From Scytonema sp. NUACC26 (GTDB lineage Bacteria; Cyanobacteriota; Cyanobacteriia; Cyanobacteriales; Nostocaceae): 32,000 bases of DNA. The stretch covers positions 10,563-42,562 of the forward strand of contig NZ_BAACAP010000184.1 in the NCBI RefSeq assembly GCF_045865695.1, in the 5' to 3' direction. Below, piece by piece: positions 17,073 through 25,919 of the stretch. A model generated the notes under the pieces. It was given only the letters and a program-made list of their open reading frames with translations, had not been told where the DNA came from and ran no database searches. Made by a program: the position numbers and the translations under genes. Every line of letters begins with the position of its first letter. The stretch's first letter is position 1.

Positions 17073-17597
17073 ATGTTGAATAGTTCCGCCACGCTCACAA
17101 ACTCAGAATTAATTGACCTCTGGCTGCACGGTAAAAGCAAAAACACCGTTGACGGCTACCGTCGCTATGCTTCTAGGTTTTTTCTTCATGTGAACAATAA
17201 GCCCCTAGCAGATTGCACTTTGATGGACATCCATTTGTGGGCGATGACACTCAGTAAGAGCGACAATTCCAAGCGGGTGGCGGTGGGAGCGATTAAAAGC
17301 TTATTTTCTTTTGCTAAAGAGCTAGGAGTTATACCGTCTAATTTGGGAATACTAGTTAAGTCCCCTAAAGGAAAAAATCGGTTGGCTGAGCGAATTCTTA
17401 CTGAGGAACAGGTACAATTACTGATAAATGTAACAACCAACAAGCGCGATCGCACCATTATCCGCTTGCTCTACTTTGCTGGGTTGCGGGTGAGCGAACT
17501 GTGCGAGCTAAAATGGCGCGACCTCAAGCCCCGTGGTGATACCGGACAAATCACTGTATTCGGTAAAGGTTACCGAAAAAGCTATGTTGCATTATAG
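17073..17597 (+). pseudogene. Truncated tyrosine recombinase (N-terminal SAM-like domain plus the first catalytic Arg only)
   Basis: The sequence reaches ...RLLYFAGLRVSELCELKWRDL...VFGKG and then stops. The H-R-H-Y part of the catalytic domain is missing. Confidence 0.65.
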
Positions 17598-17885
17598 TAA
17601 TTGAGTCTGACATGGTTAAACACAGATTGGCTCAAGCAGCCCCATGATTCAAATTTCAGACTTTATACCGACAATAACTATATTAAGCAGACCGCCTTGG
17701 CTTAATGTCAAAGCGGTTTATTGTTTTAATGTCGCGCATCTGTATTAGCTCGATTACGAGAAAAGGTTACTGGGGGTTTTGGAGCAAGAATATGGGTTAT
17801 TCCCTTGTCAAGATTTGGGAAAATAGTATGGTTAAGCTGTATTAAAGTTTAGGCGTTGTTGTATTGCCCACAAGCGATAACAATC

Positions 17886-18752
17886 GTGAAAAAAATCTTG
17901 ATATTATCAGCAAATCCTTTGGACACAAACAAGTTACGCTTGGATGAAGAGGTAAGGGAAATCCAAGCAGCGCTGCGACAAGCTAGAAATCGGGAGCAGT
18001 TTGAAATTGTGACCGAGTGGGCGGTACGAACTGATGACTTGCGTCGTGCTTTATTATACCACGAACCGACTCTTGTTCACTTTTGCGGGCATGGTTTGGG
18101 AAGCACTGGTTTAGCTTTGGAGAATAACTTTGGGCAAGTGCAACTGGTGCGTGGTGAATCTCTGGCAAGGTTATTTAAGTTATTTAGGAGCAAGGTAGAG
18201 TGTGTTTTGCTCAACGCCTGTTATAGTCAAGAACAAGCCGATGCAATTTACCAGTATATTGACTGTGTCATAGGTATGAACCGGGCGATTGGGGATGTGG
18301 CTGCCATCAAGTTTGCTGTAGCATTCTATGACACGTTAGGTGCTGGTTATTCTTATGAAGATTGTTTTGAAGTTGGCTGTGCATCAATTGATTTAGAGGG
18401 GATTCCAGAATCAGAGACTCCCGTGCTAAAACTGAGGGAGCGATCGCCCGAAAGACGCCTCCCTTTGGAAGCATCGCCCAAAGGCGGGTTTATAGCGCTC
18501 GCGCTCAGAATAGAAGCCCCTCCTACCGCAGACTCAGGAGTTCCGCAAGCAGTGCAAGAACCAGAAAATGCTATCAAATCGCAACCGCAAGCGTTAGCCT
18601 CGCCAAACGTGACTCAAGGAGCGCAGGAGGGGGACAATTTACCGTCTCAACCCTCAAGTCACCAAAGTTTTACGAACAATATTGAAAAAGTAGTGAACTT
18701 AAATCAGGGAACAGGGGATATTAACATTCAAAGTCAAATTTTAAACTTTTGA
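17886..18752 (+). CDS. Caspase-like (CHAT-type) N-terminal module of a STAND protein, ending at an in-frame TGA
   Basis: KKILILSANP start with a GTG at 17886. His context is LVHFCGHGL and Cys context is VLLNACYSQ. A P/Q/S-rich linker follows. The stop at 18750..18752 is in the same frame as the next ORF. Confidence 0.7.
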   Translation: MKKILILSANPLDTNKLRLDEEVREIQAALRQARNREQFEIVTEWAVRTDDLRRALLYHEPTLVHFCGHGLGSTGLALENNFGQVQLVRGESLARLFKLFRSKVECVLLNACYSQEQADAIYQYIDCVIGMNRAIGDVAAIKFAVAFYDTLGAGYSYEDCFEVGCASIDLEGIPESETPVLKLRERSPERRLPLEASPKGGFIALALRIEAPPTADSGVPQAVQEPENAIKSQPQALASPNVTQGAQEGDNLPSQPSSHQSFTNNIEKVVNLNQGTGDINIQSQILNF

Positions 18753-18866
18753 CTGGAGTCGTCCGAACGGGAACGGACAAAGTTAAATCCCCCAAAATAT
18801 ATTCCTTATAAAGGCGCTGACAAATTTGTTGGACGAAAGCGGGAACTGAGTCAGCTGCATCGAGAA

Positions 18867-21572
18867 ATGCAGAAATCAAAGACTGTAGCGATCGCTGCTG
18901 TTGCAGGTATGGGAGGAGTTGGCAAAACCGAATTGGCGACGCAGTATGCACGAACACATGAAGCCGATTATTCTGGTGGTATTTGCTGGTTAAATGCGAG
19001 AGAATCTAATTTAGCAGCAAAAATCGTGCTATTTTACCAGCAATATATAGGTAAGGAAGTCCCAAAAGAGTTGGGTGGACAACTGCTGAATCCTCAAGAA
19101 CAAGCACAGTGGTGCTGGCAGCATTGGCAACCATCTGAGGGATTAGTCTTGGTAGTATTGGATGATGTCACCGATGTCAGCAGTTGCTTTCAGGTATTGC
19201 CCAAGGATAATCGTTTTCGGGTATTAATGACAACTCGCTTGCGAAATCTCAACCCCAATTTTGTTAAAGAAATCCCCTTGGATGTGCTGTCAAAAACAGA
19301 GGCTGTGGCATTACTCACAGCGAGTCTTGGTAAGAAGCGGTTACAAAAAGAACAGCAAACAGCTAAAGAGTTGTGTGCTTGGTTGGGATATCTGCCTTTG
19401 GGTTTGGAATTGGTGGGACAGTATTTGGCAGAAGATCCAGATTTGTCTTTGGCAGAGATGTTAGTTCGGCTAAAGACACAGCGATTGGAAGATGAAGCAC
19501 TGGAACGCCAACAGCCAACTTTGAGTGCAGCACAGCTAGGAGTTAAAGCTGCATTTGAATTAAGTTGGCGAGAACTCACGATGATGACACAGCGTGTCAG
19601 CCAATTATTGAGTTTGTTTGCGCCAGACGTGATTCCTTGGAAATTGGTAGAGTCTGCAAGTGAGTTACTGAATTGGGATTCGTCAAATGTGAACGAGGCG
19701 AAAAAGCAACTCTACAAGCGCTATCTCATTCAACAACTGGAAGGGAAAAACGGTTGCTATAAAATTCATCCTTTGATTCGGGAGTTCCTGCAAGGGAAAT
19801 TGACACAGAACTCTTGTTCACCGACTACATCGATTGCTGCTGATGGAGAAGAGTTGGAGGTAGAATTAAAACAAGCTTTTGCTACAGCGATGGGGGCTAT
19901 TGCGCGGGAAATCCCTGATTCTCCCACCCGTGAATTCATTGTATCGGTACAAGATGCGATTCCCCACCTTAAAGAAGTTGCCCAAAATTTTATTGATGCA
20001 GTCAGGGATGACGATTTACTTGGGGTTTTTACTGGGATAGGTTGGTTTTATTCTGGACAGGGTTTGTATGCGCTAGCAGAACCTTGGTTAAAGCAGTGTT
20101 TATCAGTAGTGCGAGACCGTTTGGGAAAAGAACATCCCCTTATCGCACTTAGCCTCAACAACTTGGCATTACTTTACTACTCTCAAGGAAGGTACGACCT
20201 AGCAGAACCCCTTTATCAGCAAGCATTGCAACTTACGCAACGCCTGTTGGGTCAGGAGCATCCTGATGTCGCCACTAGTCTCAACAACTTGGCATTACTG
20301 TACCATTCCCAAGGAAGGTACAACCTAGCTGAACCCCTTTATCAGCAAGCATTGGAACTGCGACAACACCTGTTAGGTCAGGAGCATCTTGATGTCGCCA
20401 CTAGCCTCAACAACTTGGCTGGGATCTACCATTCCCAAGGAAGGTACGACCTAGCTGAACCCCTTTACCAGCAAGCATTGGAACTGTGGCAACGCCTGTT
20501 GGGTCAGGAGCATCCTAATGTCGCCACTAGCCTCAACAACTTGGCAGAACTCTACTACTCTCAAGGAAAGTATGACCTAGCTGAACCCCTTTACCAGCAA
20601 GCATTGCAACTTACGCAACGCCTGTTAGGTCAGGAGCATCCTAATGTCGCCACTAGTCTCAACAACCTGGCAGTGCTATACAAATCCCTTGGAAGGTACG
20701 ACCAAGCTGAACAAATGTATCAGCAAGCATTGGAACTGAGACAACGCCTGTTAGGTCAGGAGCATCCTGATGTCGCTGCTAGTCTTAACAACTTGGCAGG
20801 ACTCTACCATTCCCAAGGAAGGTACGACCTAGCAGAACCTCTGTACCTAAAAGCTTTGCAACTGTGGCAACACCTGTTGGGACAGGAGCATCCTAATGTC
20901 GCCACTAGTCTCAACAACCTGGCAGCGCTATACATATCCCTTGGAAGGTACAACCAAGCTGAACAAATGTATCAGCAAGCTTTACAACTGTGGCAACACC
21001 TGTTGGGACAGGAGCATCCTGATATCGCACAAAGCCTCAATAACCTGGCAGGACTCTACTACTTCCAAGGAAAGTACGACCAAGCAGAATCTCTGTATCT
21101 AAAAGCTTTGCAACTGAGGCAGCGCCTGCTGGGACAGGAGCATCCTGATATCGCACAAAGCCTCAATAACCTGGCATTGCTCTACAAATCTCTTAGAAGC
21201 TACGACCTAGCAGAACCTCTGTATCAGCAAGCTTTGCGACTGAGGCAGCGCCTGCTGGGACAGGAGCATCCTGATATCGCACAAAGCCTCAATAACCTGG
21301 CATTACTCTACCACTCTCAAGGAAGGTACAGCGAAGCAGAACCTCTGTACCTAAAAGCTTTGCAACTGTGGCAACGCCTGTTGGGACAGGAGCATCCTGA
21401 TACCGCCACCAGTTTCAACAACCTGGCTGGACTCTATAAATCCCAAGGAAGGTACAGCGAAGCTGAACCTCTGTACCTAAAAGCTCTGGAAATTTTGGAA
21501 CAACAATTAGGTGTCCACCATCCTAACACAGTTACCTGCCGTGAAAATCTCGATCGCCTTCACTCCCTTTGA
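18867..21572 (+). CDS. NB-ARC (STAND) NTPase with a C-terminal TPR array
   Basis: Walker A GMGGVGKTELA, Walker B LVLVVLDDV, RVLMTTR, and GLPL-like GYLPLGLELV. Eleven 42-aa TPR units follow. The frame is open back to 18753, and the conserved pre-P-loop motif FVGRKRELSQLH lies upstream of the first ATG. Confidence 0.85.
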   Translation: MQKSKTVAIAAVAGMGGVGKTELATQYARTHEADYSGGICWLNARESNLAAKIVLFYQQYIGKEVPKELGGQLLNPQEQAQWCWQHWQPSEGLVLVVLDDVTDVSSCFQVLPKDNRFRVLMTTRLRNLNPNFVKEIPLDVLSKTEAVALLTASLGKKRLQKEQQTAKELCAWLGYLPLGLELVGQYLAEDPDLSLAEMLVRLKTQRLEDEALERQQPTLSAAQLGVKAAFELSWRELTMMTQRVSQLLSLFAPDVIPWKLVESASELLNWDSSNVNEAKKQLYKRYLIQQLEGKNGCYKIHPLIREFLQGKLTQNSCSPTTSIAADGEELEVELKQAFATAMGAIAREIPDSPTREFIVSVQDAIPHLKEVAQNFIDAVRDDDLLGVFTGIGWFYSGQGLYALAEPWLKQCLSVVRDRLGKEHPLIALSLNNLALLYYSQGRYDLAEPLYQQALQLTQRLLGQEHPDVATSLNNLALLYHSQGRYNLAEPLYQQALELRQHLLGQEHLDVATSLNNLAGIYHSQGRYDLAEPLYQQALELWQRLLGQEHPNVATSLNNLAELYYSQGKYDLAEPLYQQALQLTQRLLGQEHPNVATSLNNLAVLYKSLGRYDQAEQMYQQALELRQRLLGQEHPDVAASLNNLAGLYHSQGRYDLAEPLYLKALQLWQHLLGQEHPNVATSLNNLAALYISLGRYNQAEQMYQQALQLWQHLLGQEHPDIAQSLNNLAGLYYFQGKYDQAESLYLKALQLRQRLLGQEHPDIAQSLNNLALLYKSLRSYDLAEPLYQQALRLRQRLLGQEHPDIAQSLNNLALLYHSQGRYSEAEPLYLKALQLWQRLLGQEHPDTATSFNNLAGLYKSQGRYSEAEPLYLKALEILEQQLGVHHPNTVTCRENLDRLHSL
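20130..21569 (+). repeat. Tandem 126-bp coding repeats (11 full units plus a partial one) encoding TPR pairs
   Basis: The unit EHPxVATSLNNLAxLYxSQGRYxLAEPLYQQALxLxQRLLGQ repeats head to tail. High nucleotide identity is visible by eye. Confidence 0.9.
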
Positions 21573-21877
21573 GCAATGCCTTCCCTTAAGCCGCTCTTTT
21601 GGCAAAATTCCTGCTCGTCCTGGTATCTATGCCATCAGACACAAAACCGATGGGTTGCAATACAATCGGTAAAACTAAGAATCTGCGGAGTCGCTTCATT
21701 GGTGGGCACAAAGCTTTTTTGTGGGCGTGGCTCGACAAATATAGTGATGAAGAAGTTCGTATTGCTGTGCAACCAATTTCTTACTGGGAAAACCCTGCGC
21801 TATTATTGGAACTGGAAGCTATCATCCTGAGAAGCTCCGAACCTCCTTATAACGTTCAAATCCCAAGCGAACAGTAA
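21571..21877 (+). pseudogene. GIY-YIG nuclease-like small gene with a 1-nt frameshift
   Basis: One frame reads ...ARPGIYAIRHKTDGLQY and then stops. The next frame continues IGKTKNLRSRFIGGHKAF...LELEAIIL...PPYN. The GIY...YIG motif is split by an extra base at about 21663. Confidence 0.6.
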
Positions 21878-21881
21878 AGCT

Positions 21882-22113
21882 ATGCAAGCAAAACTTTTGG
21901 AACAACTTTCCTCTGCTGATGCCGAAGTTATCTTGGAACGCTTACCTGAACGAATTCGAGCTGCCCTAATTGCTCGTGCTACTGAAATTGAGTATCCAGT
22001 TGAAGCAGTTATTGAGATGGCGTTCACGTAGTGTCTCTGAAAGAGAATCGCTAGCTTCCTCGATACGGAGGCATGATAGTTTTGCAGATTGTAAACCAGG
22101 ACGCGGACAATAA
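21882..22113 (+). pseudogene. Decayed small ORF (MQAKLLEQLSSADAEVILERLPERIRAALIARATEIEYPVEAVIEMA...)
   Basis: The 49-codon ORF stops at 22031. Downstream, recognisable continuations IASFLDTEA and FADCKPGRGQ* appear after stop codons and in a shifted frame. Confidence 0.4.
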
Positions 22114-22156
22114 AACTGTAACGCATTGCCAGCGTTTGAACGAAGCGCGAAATTTC

Positions 22157-22486
22157 TCATCTTTTAGCTTGTCCAATCCTCTCAAGCCTGTCATTGGCGT
22201 CTTTGGCAAGCTGAACACAGCGAATGCTAGCAGCCATTCCTGCAGCAGCAGTAACCGCACCCTCATTTGCCTTTTCTGTCAGCAACAGTCCTGCACCTGT
22301 TAGACTGATGAAGCTAGACATAGCGGTGGCGACTAGGGCAAGATTGAAACTGAGGCGTGCTTGGCGCAGACGTTCTTGGGCGATATTCATTTCTACTGCT
22401 GAGTTGGTGTTAGGTTGTTTGGGATTTTTCTGTAAATCTACGGTATGCTGGGAGCGATCGGCAAAACGAGGTTCTTGATTGTTCAT
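22157..22486 (-). CDS. Small 2-TM protein, probably the cyanobacterial TRADD-N-associated 2-TM family (paralog 1)
   Basis: AQERLRQARLSFNLALVATAMSSFISLTGAGLLLT...GAVTAAAGMAASIRCVQLAKDANDRLERI shows two hydrophobic helices and a conserved C-terminal helix. A paralog lies at 24243..24527. Confidence 0.6.
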   Translation of the reverse strand: MNNQEPRFADRSQHTVDLQKNPKQPNTNSAVEMNIAQERLRQARLSFNLALVATAMSSFISLTGAGLLLTEKANEGAVTAAAGMAASIRCVQLAKDANDRLERIGQAKR

Positions 22487-22674
22487 TAAGTATCTCCTTG
22501 TTTATCAATTTTTTAGTAGAGCTTTGAGTTCTAGCTGTCCTCATCACCTCTACACTCAATATCTCAACTGCGTTTGAGAGATTTTGCTGAAACTTAGACT
22601 GACATAACCTAACATTGCCTTACATATCTTTTATCCTTAGCTAAACTAGCTTTTAGGACATTACAGTTAAGCAG

Positions 22675-23648
22675 ATGCAACCATTCCCGCAGGACTTTCT
22701 GACTCAGTTGGCTAGTGAGTATGAGCTTTCTCCAGAACAAAGGAATTAGAACTAGATAGCGAAGCCGTTTTGAAGTCGATTGAAGCCCAGCACGGGTTGC
22801 TAGTAGCACGGGCGACAGGTATTTATTCCTTTTCTCACCTAACATTTCATGAGTATTTCGCTGCTAGAGAAATCGTTGCCAATTCTGCTTGGGAAAGATT
22901 GGCAGAGCATATTACTGAGAAGCGGTGGCGAGAGGTCTTTCTGTTAACCACAGGGATGATGCGAAAGGCTGATGAATTGATGCAGTTGATGAAGCAGAAG
23001 GTTGATAGTCTGGTCCCTATAGATAATAAATTGCAACAGTTTTTAGAATGGGTAAATCAAAAAGCCAATTCTCTCAATACTCCCAACAAATTGGCAGCAG
23101 TGAGAGCTTCCTATTTTGAAATTTATGGGAAAGGTAGTTTTCTTGTATCTGTTAATAAAGATAAAGTTGTTGTTGTTTCTATTTTGTTTGCCTCGATAGA
23201 AAAAGTCAAAAATTATCAAGAACTTTTTTTACCAGTAGAAATGTTGATAGATAATTTAATATTTTACTTAATTGATAGTCCTCTTGATGTTGGGTCTAGC
23301 TACAAAGTTCTCTCTATTGTTTTGCAAAATATTAAGTCAAATAATAAGCTTCAACAACTAATTCAAGAATTTCAAAATAAATTACCTGGTTTAGATGAAA
23401 ACGATGAAGTACTTCAAGATTGGGTAATATATGACAAATGGGTTTGGACTGAACAACTCAGAGCCGTAATGATTGAGCATCGCAACATTGGTCACGATTG
23501 GCAATTTACTGACACTCAAAAAGAACTATTACAGCAGTACTACGATGCTAATAAACTACTAGTTGATTGCCTCAACAGCGATTGTTACGTCAGCCGCGAA
23601 GTAAGACAGGAAATTGAGGATACATTGTTATTGCCAGCACGAAGATGA
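22675..23648 (+). pseudogene. Remnant of an HTH-NACHT gene: about 22 N-terminal codons joined out of frame to the C-terminal ~300 codons
   Basis: MQPFPQDFLTQLASEYELSPEQ is followed by a stop. A different frame then reads LDSEAVLKSIEAQHGLLVARATGIYSFSHLTFHEYFAAREIV, a post-NACHT helical region. The P-loop region is absent. Confidence 0.6.
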
Positions 23649-23699
23649 ATTGAAAAGCAAGAGCTAAGAACGTTTTGACGCTTCTGCAGCCAACTTGCT

Positions 23700-23948
23700 T
23701 TACTGGGCTAGATGTACTTTAAAGGGTTTGCGCGGAACTCCTTTAAACTCGTCCTTACCTAAAGGATCTGTAGAAACTCGAATGCTATGCTCGTCTTCTT
23801 TCACAAAATTAACAGGTGCTGGACTATGTAATGCTCCAGACTCGAGTTCAGCCAATTCCTTTCGTAAAGCCTCTATCTTAGCAGGGGAAACGTGCGCTGC
23901 CTCCGCATCCTCAATCATTTTTTTTAGCTGTGCGATCGTAACACGCAT
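23700..23948 (-). CDS. Hypothetical small protein (82 aa)
   Basis: ATG at 23948, reading MRVTIAQLKKMIEDAEAAHVSPAKIEALRKELAELESG.... The helical N-terminus looks coding. No family could be assigned. Confidence 0.45.
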   Translation of the reverse strand: MRVTIAQLKKMIEDAEAAHVSPAKIEALRKELAELESGALHSPAPVNFVKEDEHSIRVSTDPLGKDEFKGVPRKPFKVHLAQ

Positions 23949-24242
23949 TTTTGCCCTCCATAAATTAAGTCGTAACGCACTCCAATTATCTATTTCACCA
24001 AATTTGGCGGCATTCCTCAGAGTCCATACTTTAAGCATGGGTGGGGTAGTGACCTTGCCTACAATTACAATCAAAGTGCTACAAGTGCGTTGTCCACTTA
24101 TACCATTTCACTTTAATCGCGATACATATAAACTCTGTAAAGACGCGATGTTTGAAGCGTCTCTACATTATCCATTTGTATCATCTTTTCGTAAAGGGTA
24201 TTCGGGTGCGGTAAAGTGCATTTTTGACCCAAAGAGCGCACC

Positions 24243-24527
24243 TTAAGTCGTCTCACTTTTACCTTGCCCAATCCTATCAAGTCTGTCATTAGCATCTTTG
24301 GCTAACTGTACGCAGCGCACGCAGGCAACCATTCCACTTGCCGCCGTCACCGCGCCTTCATTCGCTCTTAGAGTCAGTAACAGCGCAGCACCGACTAAGC
24401 TGATGAAAGTAGAGACAGCGGTGGCAACGAGTGCTAAGTTAAAACTAAGGCGTGCTTGGCGCAGACGTTCTTGGGCAACGCTTGCTTCTACTGAGTTGGA
24501 GCCAGGAAGTTGTGGTGAGTGTTGCAT
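24243..24527 (-). CDS. Small 2-TM protein, paralog 2 of 22157..22486
   Basis: AQERLRQARLSFNLALVATAVSTFISLVGAALLLT...GAVTAASGMVACVRCVQLAKDANDRLDRI. Its orientation relative to a NACHT gene is the same as for paralog 1. Confidence 0.6.
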   Translation of the reverse strand: MQHSPQLPGSNSVEASVAQERLRQARLSFNLALVATAVSTFISLVGAALLLTLRANEGAVTAASGMVACVRCVQLAKDANDRLDRIGQGKSETT

Positions 24528-24684
24528 GGTAGTTTTGGGACATGAAGTTTGTTACTACTAGCATCGCGCCCAATTCCTCAACTCCTGACTGCACAATGGT
24601 TTTCCTACAACCGTCTTTTGATTGCCCTATGCTTGACCTTTGATTGCGTAGATAATGTAATCTATAAACCGTTAGAAGCAAAGC

Positions 24685-25691
24685 ATGAGCAAGAAGAGAC
24701 AAACTGTCAAAGCAACTCCTACTGGATTAGAACGGGCTGAGAAAGCTTTGAAGAGATTGCATGGAACACAATTAAATCTTGCAGGTGCAATGACCGGTTT
24801 AGTCGGTCGCAGTACTGTCCAGAAATTCTTTAAAGGCGAGGAAATTCAAGTTGATAAGTTCCAAGAGATTTGCAAAGCACTGACACTAGAATCTCAATGG
24901 GAAGCGATCTCCGGGTTAGTGGATTTACCTGACTCAGTTGATTTACCAAACAAGCAGCCATCTGAGCCAGTTGAGGAGGTACGGGACAGCGGTGTTGACA
25001 TTAATGTCCTAGTACAGGAGGTGCGTGAAAAGATAAAACCTCATATTAAACAGCGTTGCGGTACAATGCGGGTGCTGGACATGACCCAACCAATTAAGCT
25101 GACTGGAAAACGCGGCATCTATACCAACGTCAACATTCTTGATAGAATTACCGGACGCACAAGGTTAGCGCTGGCGGAACTTTTGGAAAAATGTACTACA
25201 GCCGAAGAATTTGACCGTTTTGGACTCAACCGGATTGCAGAGAAGCGAGTACCGGGGCTACAAGCAGTAGAACAATATAGCAATCTTATGGTACTGGGTA
25301 AACCGGGAGCGGGAAAGACCACATTTATGAAATATCTGGCAATGCAATGGATTGAGGGTCAGTTTCAAACAGATCGAGTTCCTGGGTTTATCACCCTTAA
25401 GGATTTGGTTCTTTCGTACATATCGTGCTAAATTTTTAGGAAAATTTATAGTTCTGCTTTATTTGCAAGGCTTACAGACACTTCTAGTTTCAATTTTAGA
25501 AAAGAATACTGTTATGAAGGTAATAATAGCTGTAATACAATCCAGATAAGGCTTTTCAGCTAATTTCCCCATAAATATAGCACGTTAAGTACGCAAGAGC
25601 CCTAGTTGATTGCCTCAATAGCGATTGTTATGTCAGCCGCGAAGTGAGACAGGAGATTGAGGATACGTTACTATTACCAGTAAAAAGATGA
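24685..25691 (+). pseudogene. HTH-NACHT gene with a large internal deletion and a MITE at the junction
   Basis: N-terminal HTH-like region and Walker A (VLGKPGAGKTTFMKYLA) run up to FITLKD, where a stop follows inside the inserted element. After the element, 25602..25691 encodes LVDCLNSDCYVSREVRQEIEDTLLLPVKR*, matching the C-terminus of the 22675..23648 remnant. Confidence 0.65.
25409..25599. mobile_element. MITE-like 191-bp element with 22-bp imperfect terminal inverted repeats
   Basis: The left end ttctttcgtacatatcgtgcta matches the reverse complement of the right end, ctcttgcgtacttaacgtgcta, at 18 of 22 positions. The interior is AT-rich and non-coding. It sits exactly where NACHT homology breaks. 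Confidence 0.55.
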
Positions 25692-25919
25692 CCACTTACA
25701 TCAAATGCTGTTTTATGCTTTTTTGTGTCTATTTTTAAAAACGACACCTTTTTTCCCCTGTTATATTATGGTAAATTATAGATTACCAATTTGTGGATAA
25801 TACATACTTATAGTTAGCTCTTGCTGAGCAACTCATCAATCCTTATCTTGCTTTTTTCCGACTTTTTCAGCAAGCCCTACTTCTTTACGGTTCGTCTACG
25901 GAAGGTGCTGATACTGCAA

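Noticed and set aside
18750-18752. The in-frame TGA could be a selenocysteine or programmed recoding site.
   Set aside because: I see no convincing stem-loop immediately downstream that would act as a SECIS element. A linker region has no reason to need Sec. A nonsense mutation or a sequencing error is simpler, and recoding is kept only as a low-probability alternative.
19190-19579. Minus-strand 129-aa ORF and the other short ORFs nested in the NB-ARC/TPR gene (19261..19464, 20896..21102).
   Set aside because: They lie entirely within a well-supported long gene, in other frames, and have no motifs.
20130-21569. Regularly spaced repeats that could be mistaken for a CRISPR array.
   Set aside because: The units are contiguous 126-bp blocks with no unique spacers. 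They lie in one long open reading frame and encode canonical TPR motifs.
21576-21830. 84-aa ORF in the third frame over the GIY-YIG region.
   Set aside because: It is a Cys/Trp-rich translation with no motif. The other two frames together reconstruct a GIY-YIG protein.
22224-22478. Plus-strand 84-aa ORF, and its counterpart at 24298..24561, which resemble each other.
   Set aside because: Both are antisense shadows of the paralogous 2-TM genes. Their mutual similarity follows from the opposite-strand paralogy, and their composition is Ala/Arg-rich and low in complexity.
23695-24246. 183-aa plus-strand ORF.
   Set aside because: It is antisense to the more protein-like 23700..23948 ORF, is Ser/Ala/Leu-rich with no motif, and has only a TTG-type start.
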